A DNA stretch of 64,000 bases from Octopus sinensis (GCF_006345805.1 NC_043006.1:5952001-6016000); one strand, 5' to 3'. Shown: positions 26,177 through 39,381, counted from the first letter of the stretch. Notes: a model not told the origin generated them from the letters alone. Made by a program: numbers and translations.

Positions 26177-26702
26177 ATAAATATAGGAGGGAATTTTTTT
26201 AACTACTATGTGGAAACCCTTATGCTAGAAGAAGATCCGCCATGGTCTCAACCACTAAGAATTGTTCTCCAGAATATTTAGCACACCAGAAACGTAAGCG
26301 AGAAGACAAATGAAAAATAACAAAAATATAGATTAATCACAAACAATTGTTTCACTATCAATAAATTACGTAATTTTACTTACACAATTTATCTGTAGAT
26401 CGTCAGTGTGATCCTCTTTGCAAGATATCTGGCGTGAAGTTCTACAAATTATATCTTGCAAGGAGGATCACACTGACGATCTACAGATAAATTGTGTAAG
26501 TAAGATTACGTAATTTATTGATAGTGAAACAATTGTTTGTGATTAATCTATATTTTTGTTATTGTTCATTTCTCTTGCTCGCTTACGTTTCTGGTGTGCT
26601 AAATTTTCTGGAGAACAATTCTTAGTGGTTGAGACCATAGCGGATCTTCTTGTAGCATAAGGGTTTCCACATAGTGGTTAAAAAATTCCCTCTTATATTT
26701 AT
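26177..26702. repeat. Near-perfect fold-back palindrome, ~250 bp arms and 22 bp spacer
   Basis: Left arm ends CAAGATAT (26428). Spacer 26429-26450. Right arm begins ATATCTTG (26451). Few mismatches. Confidence 0.92.
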
Positions 26703-27420
26703 ATATATATATATATATAGTAGCTGCTTTCTCGTATAAGAACAATGCCATTGCTAGAAAAAATCGTTAAAATGAGTCAGATAACGTAATGTGAGGCTCT
26801 TGAGTGACTCTTGCCCGCCACAGGCTTCTGCATAATGCTGGCTGGCTAGGAGAAGGAACAGGTGCCACAGGTATTGCTTGAAAAGAAATGAACATCTTGC
26901 ATGTACATGGCTGGCCCCCGACATAGATATATACATACATGTGCATGTATATGTGTGTGCGTATGTGTGTGTGCGTATGTGTGTGTGTGCGTCTGTGTGT
27001 GTGTTGTGTGTGTTGTGTTTGATTGTGGGAGTTTGTGTGCGCGTACGTATACATAATAACATACTACTTTCTGTGTACGTAAATTTTGTATGTAGGCATA
27101 ACAAAATTTCTATGTAAATCCAGTATTTGGTTTTATATTGCATTTACGACAAAATGGAAAAAGTACTAAATAATAGGAGTCTTTTGGGTAGAGCCCTGAG
27201 CAAAATGTCTTGCAGAATTTGATTACGACTCTTTAAACCAGTGGTTTTCAGCAGGGATCGACAGGAACCTTGGGGATCCATATAAGATCTTGTTAAAATT
27301 TATGAGCAATAAATTGGTTACTCTTCTACGATGTACGAAATATTCTTAGCATTTTTTATACAATTTTTAATATTTAATTGTAAAAATAGAGTAATATTAT
27401 ATATATACATATATATATAT

Positions 27421-30400
27421 AACGGGAAGCTTTATGAAAATAAACAAAAGACGAAGGCAGGTGGAAAACAAACGAACAATTGTATTAGTATGGCGCTCAG
27501 GAAATATAAATAAAACAAGTCTTTAACGTTTCGAGCCTACGCTCTTCAACAGAAAGATACACACAGAGAGAAAAACACAGAAAGAAGGAGAGAAAAAAAA
27601 TGCGTGCAGTAGCTAACGAATCAACATGGCGATCTGATTTCGGCCAGAGGTCAAAGATCAAACATGAGACGCGAGAGCGAAATAAGGGGAGATAATAGGG
27701 TTGATAAAAGGGTTGAGGGACCAGCTAAAAGTGCGTGGGAGGGGTCTGGATGTGTGTATGTATAGGGTTGGTGTATGTATTAGTATGTATAAGGGTGTGT
27801 GTGTGTGTGTGTGTGTGTGTATGAGAGAGTATTAGTGCGTAAGATTGGTCTGGACGTGCGTATGTATGGGTTGGTGTATGTATTAGTATGTATTAGTATG
27901 TATTAGTACGTATTGGTATGTATAGGTGTGTGGTGTGTGTGTGTGAGAGAATATAAGTGCGTATGCGGGGTCTGGACGTGTGTATGTATAGGGTTGGTGT
28001 AAGTATTAGTATGTACTAGTATGTATTAGTACGTATTAGTATGTATTAGTTGGTGTGTGTATTAGTATGGCACATCATATGTGATGTGATGTGTAAAGTC
28101 ATGTGGTGGTAGTGAGGAGAAGAGGGGGGGGAGGGGGAGAAGAGGGGGAGGGGGAGAACAGAGGGAGGAGGAAGGGGAGGGGAAGAAGAGGGGGAGGAGA
28201 AGGGGGAAGAGGAGACGATGGGGGAGAAGGAAGGTGAGGAGGGGGATGAAGGAGGAAAGAGGGAGAGGGGGAGAGAGAGAAGGGGAGAGAGGGAGTGAGG
28301 GAGCAGAGGGAAGGGGAAGAGGGAGGGAGAAAGAGGTAAGAAGGGAAGGGGGAGTAGGTGAAAGGATGAAGGACTGAATAAGTAGGGGTCGGGGGGAGAA
28401 AGGATAGGTGAGGAGGGGGGAGAGGGGGTTAGATGAGAGGGGGAGAGTTGAGACCAAATGGCGTAAAGAGCGAAGAGAGAAGATTAATAATTCCTGTTCA
28501 CGGCGCAAACGGGAATCCGGATGGCCTCTGTGTAAGGACAACCGAACACAGATAGGTGTTGCAAGGAGTGACCGGTGGGCGGAAATGGCGTGAGACCGGT
28601 GGTCGTTCGCAAGGTGGATGTCACGAAGGTGTTCCGCGAACCGGTCAGCCAAGCGGCGTCCCGTTTGTCCGATGTACAAGGAATTGCAGAGAGAGCAAGA
28701 GATGCAATAGATAATATTGCTGGAGGTGCAGGTGAAGGAGTGGATGATGGATAGGGTCGATGGTGGGTGCTAGTGAGGCGGTGGGTGTTGGAGAGGTAAG
28801 GGCAAGTGCGGCAACGTGGGGGGGAGCAGGGGAACGAGCCGGGTTGGGAGGTAGGGTCAGGGAAGGAGCTATGGACCAAAAGGTCTCGAAGGTTGTGGGC
28901 TCGTTTGAAAGAGGGGAGGGGTCGGTTAGGGAAGGTGTTGAAGTGGACGGGTCGGACTGGAGATGACGGAAAGCTCGAAGAATGGTGCGTTGGAGACGTA
29001 GGGTCGTGGGTGGTAAGTGAGGGGAAAATGGAGGCGGGAGAGACTACAGGGCGGGTTCGGGGAGAAGAGAGCAGATACACGGTCCCCCGACCGTGCTCTG
29101 GCAAGGGCGGTGTGGATAGTGGTGAGGGGGTATCCACGTAGGGTGAAGTGGTGAGCCATACGTTGAGACTGAGTCTCAAAGTCATGGTCGTCACTACAGA
29201 GCCTACGTAGACGGAGGAATTGGGAACAGGGGATGGAAAGCTTGGTGTGTTCTGGGTGGGAGGAAAGAGAAGTTGAGGTATGAGTGTGAGTCTGTGTGTT
29301 TGTAGTGAATGGAGGTGGTAAGAGTGGAGTGAAGAATGCTAACCGAAATGTCGAGGAAGGAGACAGAGGTGTTGGAGATAGTGGAAGTGAAGTGGAGGGC
29401 TGGATGGAAAGATTGGACGAAAGAGAGGAAGGAATCTAGATGTTCGCGGGAGAGTGAGGTGGCACCGATAATGTCGTCAATATAACGACCATATAGTTCA
29501 GGAGTGGGACCAGTGAAATTAGAGATATTTGGGCCTCAACATAGCCAACGAACAGGTTCGCATAGTTGGGGCCCATTCGCGTTCCCATGGCCACTCCCGA
29601 GACCTGATGGTAGAACTCGCCCGCGAACGAGAAGCAGTTCAGAGTAAGGACAAGTTCGGCCAGACGAATGAGTGTGGAGGTGTCAGGTACAGGGTTAGAG
29701 CGGAGGTCAAGAAAGTGTTGAAGGGCCTGCAGTCCTTCGTGGTGAGGGATAACAGTATAGAGGCTTGGATGTCCATAGTAAAAAGGATTTTGGAGGAGCC
29801 GGGAGGAAAGGAGAAAGAGTTGAAAAGCCGGACAGCATGGTTGGTATCGTGGATGTGGGAGGGAAGAGATGCCACTAGGGGGGCAAGGACACGGTCGAGG
29901 TATTTAGAGATGAGCTCCGTGGGGCAGTTACAGGCAGAGACGATGGGGCGACCAGGGTTGTTGGGTTTGTGGATTTTGGGAGGAAGTAAATGGTGGGGGT
30001 ACGTGGGGTTCGCACAATTAGGTTGGATGCGGTGCGGGGGAGACGGGAGGACGAGATGAGGTCTTGGACAGTAGAGGATACCGTCTGTTGGTAGCTACGT
30101 GTGGGGTTAGAGGGCAGAGGGGAATAGAAGGAGGTGTCATTGAGTTGGCGGAAAGCCTCGGCCCTATAGAGGTCCGCGCGCCACACCACTACAGCTCCAC
30201 CCTTGTCAGCCGGTTTGATGATAATGTCAGCGCGCCGTTGGAGGGAACGAAGAGCCAAGAGCTCAGCCGGGGAGATGTTGAGGCGGCGTTGGCGCCTGGA
30301 GATTGAACCTCCAATGCACGCTGAAAAGCGCCCGCGAAAAGATCCACTGCTAGGATCTGGCCAGGGGCAGGCGTCCACGGGGATGGTCGGCGGCCCAGGC

Positions 30401-30649
30401 CAGTGAAGCAGTCGTCCTCTTCGTGGGGTGTGGGTGGCGAGTCGTGGTAATGCGCACCCAACCGGACACGCGCACAAAGCTGTGGACATCAACTCGCGTC
30501 TGGAATTCCTTACAGGATGGAGTGAGGGGGATGAAACGCAGACCCCTACCAAGGACGGAGCGTTCAGCCGCAGAGAGGGGAAGATCGGGGGAAATGGTAA
30601 ACAACAGACGGAGTGGAGAAGGGGTGGGTGGAATAGAAGTAGGAGGGTG
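27421..30649 (-). mobile_element. Near-complete Penelope-like element (RT plus GIY-YIG, 3' pLTR with hammerhead-like motif)
   Basis: LGRGLRFIP, IIIKPADKGGAVVVW, YFLPKIHKP..GRPIVS, MDIQSLYT, GVAMGTRMGPNYANLF, RYIDDII, FLDISV, and YIGQTGRRLADRFAEH. Frameshifted, 5' truncated, with (TA)n at both ends. Confidence 0.93.
27520..27557 (-). ncRNA. Minimal hammerhead-like motif in the PLE pLTR (core CTGTTGA plus extra A)
   Basis: TCTTT-CTGTTGA-A-GAGC(GTAG)GCTC-GAA-ACGT-T-AAAGA. Confidence 0.6.
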
Positions 30650-30668
30650 ATATATATCTATATATATA

Positions 30669-30709
<41 letters not shown>

Positions 30710-30796
30710 CTCTCTATTTTACAATTAAATTAAAAATTGTATAAAAAATGCTAAGAATATTTCGTACATCGTAGAAGAGTAACCAATTTATTGCTC

Positions 30797-30827
<31 letters not shown>

Positions 30828-31359
30828 CATATATATGTGTATGTATGTATGTATGCATGTATTGAATAGCTATGGAAGTGCAGTAAAGTAAATTAGGAAT
30901 TTAGAACCACTGCTCTAACTCTGAGTTCAATTACCACCCTTCGACAGTCAATTAACATTGAATAGCTTGCGACTAAATGTGTCTATCAGAAATTATTTTT
31001 GCTTTTAATCATAGAAGCAAAACATTGTTGATAAAGAGTTATTTTAGCCGTTGTTTTGGGCGATGGGTTGCCAGAATCATTTGAGAGTCGAACAAAATAT
31101 ATTCCTGCATTTGTTCCGGCTCTTTAAATTCTGAGTTCAGATTCTGTCAAGATCAACCTTCCGTGGTTGATATAACAAAATACTAATCAAATACCAGGGT
31201 CTTTTTAATCGGCTGGCGATCAACGCCAACATGCAATGAGCCGAAATCCTGCACAATCATAGAATTCTGACGACCGGTGATGAGAATACGTTGCTGCAAT
31301 ATCGATGATGTTTGTCTGTGACTTCCTATATTGATCTCCAACTCCGCACTCAAACACAC

Positions 31360-31390
<31 letters not shown>

Positions 31391-32484
31391 GCACACGCAC
31401 ACACACACACACACATCTTAACATTCATACACATACAAATGTCTTTCTAACCAGCTATCTACTTCTAAACCAGTAAGAGTCCATTAAAAAGAGATCGTAC
31501 AAAAGGATAAGAAGATTTAAGCTATTCTTGGAAAATTCATTAAATTGCAAGCAATCCAGAACTACGTAATTTAAATTTTAAACTAAAAGAGGGGGCCATG
31601 AGCTCCGTTTCAATCAATATTACAAATATATGACTGATTTAGAAATTACTTCAATATGTTAATAATAATGGCCTGAAGAATCAAAAGAGGTTTGATCGAT
31701 ATTACCATTCTTGAAAACCCGTCCAGTAATTAAGATATAGTTGCTGCATCCACGGAAATTCCATGGTTATTTTGTAAACCGTAAATATGTTGGAAGCATA
31801 CAGAGAACATGAAATATATCACTTGATTTGAAATTATACTTATGCCATTTGATTCTGAAGAAAATCCATAGAGGTTGCACTAAAGATACAGTCTTAAAAA
31901 AGAATTTCTTTAAAAACTATATTCTTTTTTATACACTTGTAACAATTTTTAACTAGAGAGTTGTTAACTATTATCTTTATGATTGCATCAAGAAGCGAAC
32001 ACTTGAGAAATTGCCTAAAATATGTTGAAAGAATCAAGACACTAGAAATGATCTGATATGCGTTCAGAGAGTAATCTCTGTAACAAACGCGTTAAACAAC
32101 CTTAACTATGGAAGAAAATCGACTATATAATTTATCATTTTGTTGCAGTACGATTAAGTTTGCAGCACTTTAACAAAATCTACTTCCTTAGTTTCATATC
32201 AGTCACAAATGTCTCAACTTCAACCCACAATCACTGTGAACAAAGTACAGTATTTGTCCCCATTGAAGTGAATATTCTAATAGTATATATGCAACAGTAA
32301 TATAGATACCATACTTGATTTTAAAATATGTATTTAATACTTGTCTTTCGAATAATATAAATGCTACATGTATAACAGATTATGTTTCTGCTTCATACCT
32401 AAGATAGTATTTGTTTAAATCGTTTACAAGCGTAGACTATTGCAGAAGAATATTACGTAGAACACAACAAAATAATATTATTGA

Positions 32485-32722
32485 TTTACTCTTTTACTCT
32501 TTTACTTGTTTCATTCATTTGACTGTGGCCATGCTGGAGCACCGCCTTTAGTCGAGCAAATCGACCCCAGGACTTATTCTTTGTAAGCCTAGTACTTATT
32601 CTATCGGTCTATTTTGCCGAACTGCTAAGTTACGGGAACGTAAACACACCAGCATCGGTTGTCAAGCGATGTTGGTGGGGACAAACACAGACACACAAAC
32701 ATATACACACGCACACATATGC

Positions 32723-32754
<32 letters not shown>

Positions 32755-32921
32755 TATATATACATATATACGACGGCCTTCTTTCAGTTTCCGTCGACCA
32801 AATCCACTTACAAGGCTTTGGTCGGCCCGAGACTATAGGAGACATTTGCCCAAGGTGCCACGCAGTGGGACTGAACCCAGAACCATGTGGTTGGTAAGCA
32901 AGCTACTTTCCACACAGCCAC
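32485..32921 (-). mobile_element. SINE family A
   Basis: Full-length match to the other copies. Confidence 0.85.
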
Positions 32922-34024
32922 AACTTATAAAATTCACCAATACTTTTCTTGCCATAACTGGGACTTAATAACAAAGAACTTGATTCCTAGCATAACTACA
33001 ACGTTTCAAATTGTTAGTGAAGTCATATGAATTTAGCCAAATATGTGATCTGACATTGTTTAGCATGAAACAAAGCATCAAATGTCGATTTGATATAGTT
33101 TCTAACATGGATGGAAATATATTTAATTAGTGAATAAATCCAAACGAGTAGGAAGATCTAAGGAAACATATTTAAACTAACAATAGTTGTTTCGGGTTAA
33201 TTTATAATGAAATGTCAATCCGATATATTTGAATCTGCTACAGGGTATCTAAATCCTATTCAGTAATTACTTCTCTAATTTTTACTTAATCCATCCTAAA
33301 TGAAATCATTACAAAGTAATTAATATCGGCTAAAAATACACTCAAAACTAAGACTATATAAAACAACTAAATAAAATACAAGATAAGGAAGAGGTTATGT
33401 GCGGTTACTCGATTTGTTAAAAATAGCAAACTATTTCCTTCAAATTACACCTAACCTTTAAAATGGAAGTAAACGTGGGTATTTAGTATATTGTGGTCCT
33501 TGATACATTCACCCTACAATACAGACAGAATGATCACAAGTCCAATGCTTCTAAACACAAGCATGCTGAGTTAGGGTCGTCCCAGGGTTTAAAAACTAAC
33601 AACCGCATAGGTTTGAAGAGCCATTGTTTTAAACGTTTGGAAGAAGAAGCTTCTTGGAAATTTTGCTTCGCTTATTTCTTCATGTCGTTGTTGATTTTCT
33701 AATGAAATTAGGATAAATTATTTTCTTTCAGTGTTATTTTATAAAATATTAGAATTTTATAAAATAACAAAGGTTAAATGTTACAAAATGAAACAAGCTA
33801 TTAACATTCTCATCTATTGATGAGAATTCTTATACATGGCAAAAAAAAAATGCGAATTTCTGTCCTGTCTGCATGTAAAAATGTCTGTATGTACTTGTGT
33901 GGTGTGTACATATACGCATATTATATATATATATATATTATATTATATATATATATATATATATAATATATATATATATGGCGTATATGTATATATAATA
34001 TATATATATAGAAAGAGAGAGAGA

Positions 34025-34157
34025 GAGCTTCCTGATGATTTCATTTGAATGAAACAGTTCTAGTCCTGTAGACTCCCTTCTATAAAATAAATTAATTTAC
34101 TCTGCTATGTATTGAGTACCTTATTTACTGTGGTTAACCCCGACTCAACCCGGGACC

Positions 34158-34160
<3 letters not shown>
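34025..34160 (+). mobile_element. 135 bp hammerhead-bearing mini element flanked by microsatellites
   Basis: GAGCTTC-CTGATGA-TTTC(ATTT)GAAT-GAA-ACAG(TTCTAGTC)CTGT-A-GACTC. The remainder matches 49689-49816 in reverse. Confidence 0.65.
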
Positions 34161-34217
<57 letters not shown>

Positions 34218-34444
34218 CATATATACATATAAGGAATAGATAGGATAAATTATCCAGGCATACGAGCTCTCAATTAGGATTCAGGATATGGCTAACGCCA
34301 TCGAGTTGTAAGGAGCATCTAGTATTACTTAAGGTAAGTGATCCCAATATATTTCATCCAATGGGTAAATCCTGGGTTCGCTTCCTTGGATTATAAGTAT
34401 TTTACAGAGCGCATAATCCGGCGAAGCGAACCCAGGATTTGCCC

Positions 34445-34555
34445 ACCGGGTTCAGTCCCACTGTGTAACACCTTGGGTAAGTGTCTTCTCCTGTGGACTA
34501 GGAATGACCAAAGCCTTGTGAGTGAATTTGGTTGACGAAAACTGCAAGCCCGTCG

Positions 34556-34587
<32 letters not shown>

Positions 34588-34601
34588 TATATATATAATA
34601 C

Positions 34602-34638
<37 letters not shown>

Positions 34639-34644
34639 CAACAT

Positions 34645-34685
<41 letters not shown>

Positions 34686-35040
34686 CTAATATATATATGG
34701 CACCTTGGGCAAGTGTCTTCTACTATGGCCTCGAGTCAACCAAAGTCTTGGGAGTAGATTTGGTAGATGTAAACTGAAAGAATCATCCCGTCGTATACAT
34801 GTGTGCGTGCGTTTGTGTATGTTTCTGTGTATTTGTGTTTGTCCTCCCTCCATCGTTTGACAACCGATGTTGGTGTGTTTACGTCCCCGTAGCCTAGCGA
34901 TTCGGCAAAAGAGACGGATAGAATAAGTACTAGGCTTACAAAGAATAAGTCCTGGGGTTGATTCATTCGACTAAGAATCTTCAAGGCGATGCCCCAGCAT
35001 GGCCCCAATCTAATGACTGAAACAAGTAAAAGGTAAAAGA
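34445..35040 (+). mobile_element. Composite SINE family A with duplicated core segment
   Basis: B-box and core at 34449-34556, (TA)n, a second core at 34698-34800, then the tail to 35040. Confidence 0.75.
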
Positions 35041-35061
35041 TATATATACATATATATATAC

Positions 35062-35109
<48 letters not shown>

Positions 35110-35110
35110 C

Positions 35111-35170
<60 letters not shown>

Positions 35171-35253
35171 CCGAGAGAAAGAAGAGAGGAGACAAAGCTC
35201 ATAAACAAAAAAAATTGATTCAATACAAAAGTATTACACGGTAACACAGAGGC

Positions 35254-35296
35254 ACTATGACTTCAGAGTTTCGCCAATTACAACTCATCAAACAGT
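35254..35296 (-). ncRNA. Decayed hammerhead-like motif
   Basis: ACTGT-TTGATGA-GTTG(TAAT)TGGC-GAA-ACT(CTGA)AGT-C-ATAGT. Reverting C-to-T changes restores the stems. Confidence 0.4.
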
Positions 35297-36268
35297 TTGA
35301 CGAGCCGTTATAGGTGAAACTTTGAAAGCGCAACGACTTGCGCGTGTTTGTTTGTATGTCTGTGCGTGAATTAGTATGTGCATGAGTATGTGTGCTTGTG
35401 TATGTGTGTGCAGAAGCGCGCATGAATGTATGTGTGTATATATATTTGAGTGTATGCGAGTAAATTTGTGTGAGTGTATGTGCGCCTGTGAATGTTTGTG
35501 TGTATGATGCTAAAAATTCATTCGTATAATTGGAGTGCTGGCCCTAGAGAAAGAGTCGAGCTCTTAAAACCGAATTTGCGTCGTAGAATTGATTCTTACT
35601 CGAAGCCAGTCACTTGACTTGCGCCGCTAATACCCTTGACAAAGGAACAAACATAATTCACACTCCCACTCTTTAAAAAATACTCACAAATATTGATTTC
35701 TTTTTAGTTGGGTGGAAACCAATTAATGGAGAGAGTGTATTACTGGTAGTTGTTTTATCGCTGCTGGAGTGGAGCGGGGTTAAAGTTGAATCCAACAAAA
35801 TTTAGACAGAAATTAACGAAGAATAAAGCTATATACAGTAATGCATATAGTGTGGCATCGCCCTACGATTTCAGTTTATGTCACTGTCCTAATATATAAC
35901 AAATATTACAAGAAAATGGGTGAGCCAGTACGCATATTCTCAACCCACAAGAATTAGCAGCCAAAACTCACACAAATCACACCTTGCCCTCTTACAAATG
36001 CTGCATTGAAAAATGTTGTTCCTCTGTATTCCTGAAAAATAACGGAATGTTTAAGAGTGGAACGTCTTTTGATGATAGATCTACTCGACAGAGGCTAGAC
36101 TATGGCTATACAACAACAACAAAATACAATAAATATGAAAGATTATTTAATACATCCACACACACACATACATGCTCATATATATATATATGTATGTATA
36201 TAAGCATTATGTAATATATGTATATGTACATATATATATATGTATGTATGTATATCTGTATATGTGTG

Positions 36269-36315
<47 letters not shown>

Positions 36316-36465
36316 TAATGTTTATTTGTATGTCAAGTTATACATAAAAACAATTTAACATGACGTTTGTTCGTCATCTCCAGCTTGAAGACGGGGAGCA
36401 AACCGATACTTCGAAATCACTATTAGCCTTTTTCTTGAAAATTATATACATACATATATACATAC

Positions 36466-36532
<67 letters not shown>

Positions 36533-36606
36533 CATGTATGTATGTATGTATGTATGTATGTATGTATGTATGTATGTATACATGCATATATGTATATGTA
36601 TAGTCA

Positions 36607-36653
36607 GGCTGTCTGACGATGGCTTAGACGGCTGAAACTTTGAAGTTACTGTC
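36607..36653 (+). ncRNA. Hammerhead-like motif, core CTGACGA
   Basis: GGCTGT-CTGACGA-T-GGCT(TAGAC)GGCT-GAA-ACTT(TG)AAGT-T-ACTGTC. Stem I pairs 5 of 6. Confidence 0.5.
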
Positions 36654-36765
36654 AACAACATTCTCGTGTATGTATAACAAATTTATACTCTGCCAAAGTA
36701 TAGAGTAACCGATCAGATTAATGTAGAACTGTTTTTATTATAACTGAACATATAAAGAAACATTA

Positions 36766-36798
<33 letters not shown>

Positions 36799-36877
36799 GT
36801 ATGTATGTATGTGAGTATATAGAAAGGATTTTATGTGCGTATGTAAATAAGTATATACTCTGTGTGTGTGTGTGTGG

Positions 36878-36908
<31 letters not shown>

Positions 36909-37395
36909 TGTGTGTGTGTGTGTACTACCTCAATACATATCGTATATTGATTGTGTAGTTTTATATATTTCTGTCTGTGTATGTTGACAGCTTCTGAAAT
37001 AATATAAGCTCAAGGTACCAATTTCCTATTGAAACATCGAGTGCTGTCTTGAAATATAATACTGCAATTTCGGTAAGTTATGGTATTTCTTCAAAAGAAA
37101 ATGAAGATTGCTGCTGAAGTTTTCGTATTAAGATAGAACCATTGGTGTTGTGACGTCTGCTTCTTTCTTACAAATGTTGAGAATGAAGGTTTGACTGTTT
37201 GCAATATAATAGAATTGGTAATTCTGTATAAGAAAATAACCAGATGGGTCAAATTTCGACGTAGCAGTTCATGTTTTTTTTTCCTTTTTTATTTACTCTT
37301 CGTTACAGCCATTTGAATAATTTCTATAGGATTATTTCAACCGTATGTATACATATGTGTGCGTGTGTACATGCATATTTTACATATATATATTT

Positions 37396-37622
37396 CTTTA
37401 CTGCCCACAAGGGGCTAAACATAGAGGGGACAAACAAGGACAGACGAAGGGATTAAGTCGATTATATCGTCCCCAGTGCGAAACTGGTACTTTATTTATC
37501 GACCCTGAAAGGATGAAAGGCAAAGTCGACCTCGGCGGAATTTGAACTCAGAACGTAACGACAGACGAAATACCGCTAAGCATTTCGCCCGGCGCGCTAA
37601 CATTTCTGCCAGCTCGCCGCCT
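37396..37622 (-). mobile_element. tRNA-derived SINE family B
   Basis: GGCGGCGAGCTGGCAGAAATGTTAG..CTGAGTTCAAATTCCGCCGAGGTCGACTTTGCC has A- and B-box-like motifs. Multiple copies in the window. Confidence 0.85.
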
Positions 37623-37924
37623 TCATTTTACATATATATATATGTATGTATGAGCGTGTATACACTCACACGCACACACATACATACACAACCATGCACA
37701 CAACTCAGTTAGGAACTGAGTCGATCGTTGTTCTCCATAAAATTGATCCACAATATATGCGTGTGTGTATGTAAATACGTAAATACATATATATATATAT
37801 CATATTTGTTTATTCGTGTGTATGGGGGGGGGGAGTTGTGAATCAATGAAATGGAGAAAAGTGATCGATTCAACTTGGAAGAAATCGTATACATGCACAC
37901 ATGTGTATATATGTATGTATGTTT

Positions 37925-38034
<110 letters not shown>

Positions 38035-38587
38035 TCATACATACATACATACATACATACATAATCTTATATACATATATACATAAGCATACATACATTA
38101 AACAAGGCCTGCTATACAATATTCTTTAGAAACTCATTCAGGATTCAAAGATTTTTTTCAAACATCCAACATTTTATCTTCTTAATCAGGAATCTTCTAA
38201 TAAAACTAAATCTGAAACAGTTTTAGTTTTTTTTTTTTAAAGTTATTTTTTATTGAAATATCAACACCGAAACCACTCATTTCTACAGAAATGAGTATGT
38301 TTTATTGTTTTTTTTTTTCATTTACTTTATATTTTTTAAGTATTTACAAATTGACTTCCTCGTTACCTTTTCAGTGACCATCCTACCTAACCAACCTCTT
38401 CATACATCTTTAACAGTGTCTGTGTGTGTATATACGTATTTTGTGTGTATATATATATATATATATTCATCTATCTCTATGTCGCTATCTGGCTTCCCCG
38501 TTTGAACAATTGACCAACATTTCCTATCTTCCACCCAACGTTTCATATCCCAAGCAGACGACTACCGTACTTGTCGCTTTTATTGCT

Positions 38588-38695
38588 CTACATAACTGTA
38601 CAATATGTTACACTATTATTGTACAACAGTTCGGCATAGCACCAATTCGCATAGCACAACGGTAAAATCAGCAGTACAAATAGTGTTGCCGCCAT
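38588..38695 (-). other. Candidate first coding exon or small ORF with signal-peptide-like N-terminus
   Basis: AAGATGGCGGC (YY1/Kozak-like) opens MAATLFVLLILPLCYANWCYAELLYNNSVTYCTVM* in a CpG-rich unique patch. Confidence 0.3.
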
Positions 38696-39089
38696 CTTAA
38701 GACTTACATTCCCGCTTCACAGACTACTATTACATCGGCGACATTTTGTCTTCTGCTCGGCACTTCGTTAGCAATATCGTTGACATTCAACGGTTATTCA
38801 GTTGTTATTCCTCAAGTCTGTTCGATAAGTGCTAGAATGTCAAAAAAATACATTAGAACTAGGCATCATTTTTCTCCTTTTTTTGGTAGAAGGAGATTCA
38901 TTTTTTTTAAATTTGTCTGCAAAATATTTATCGAAGATGGAATTCTATTAAACAAAGTAAAAGACTGGAATTTCAGTTGTGCCAAGTGAATTTCAGCGGG
39001 GTCGGAGTGTGTTGGGGTCGGAGGTGGTGATCGTCTCGGTGGTGGTAGTGGCTGTAATGGAATTGATGCTTATAGTAACAGTGATGTCT

Positions 39090-39136
39090 TAAGCAGTAGT
39101 AGTAGTAGTAGTATAGTAGTAGTAGTAGTAGTAGTG

Positions 39137-39190
<54 letters not shown>

Positions 39191-39381
39191 TTTGTGGTGT
39201 TGGTGATTGTGGTGCTGGTATTGGTTGTATTGGTATTGCTGACGATAGTGGTGGTGATATTTGTGCTAAGGTGATACTAATCGTAGACATGTTTGCATTT
39301 ATTATTATTATTGTTGTTGTTGTTTTTGTTGTTGCTTCTGTGGTTGTTGTTATTGTTATTGTTATTATTATTATTATTATC

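Noticed and set aside
26395-26500. CTGACGA inside the long palindrome arms
   Set aside because: Stem II loop too short, and the GAAA and UH positions do not fit.
29529-30733. Plus-strand GC-rich ORFs (176 aa, 111 aa and others)
   Set aside because: They are antisense shadows of the PLE RT coding strand.
31665-31715. CTGAAGA with a 6 bp hairpin and possible stem I
   Set aside because: GAAA is replaced by CGAT and the register is off by one.
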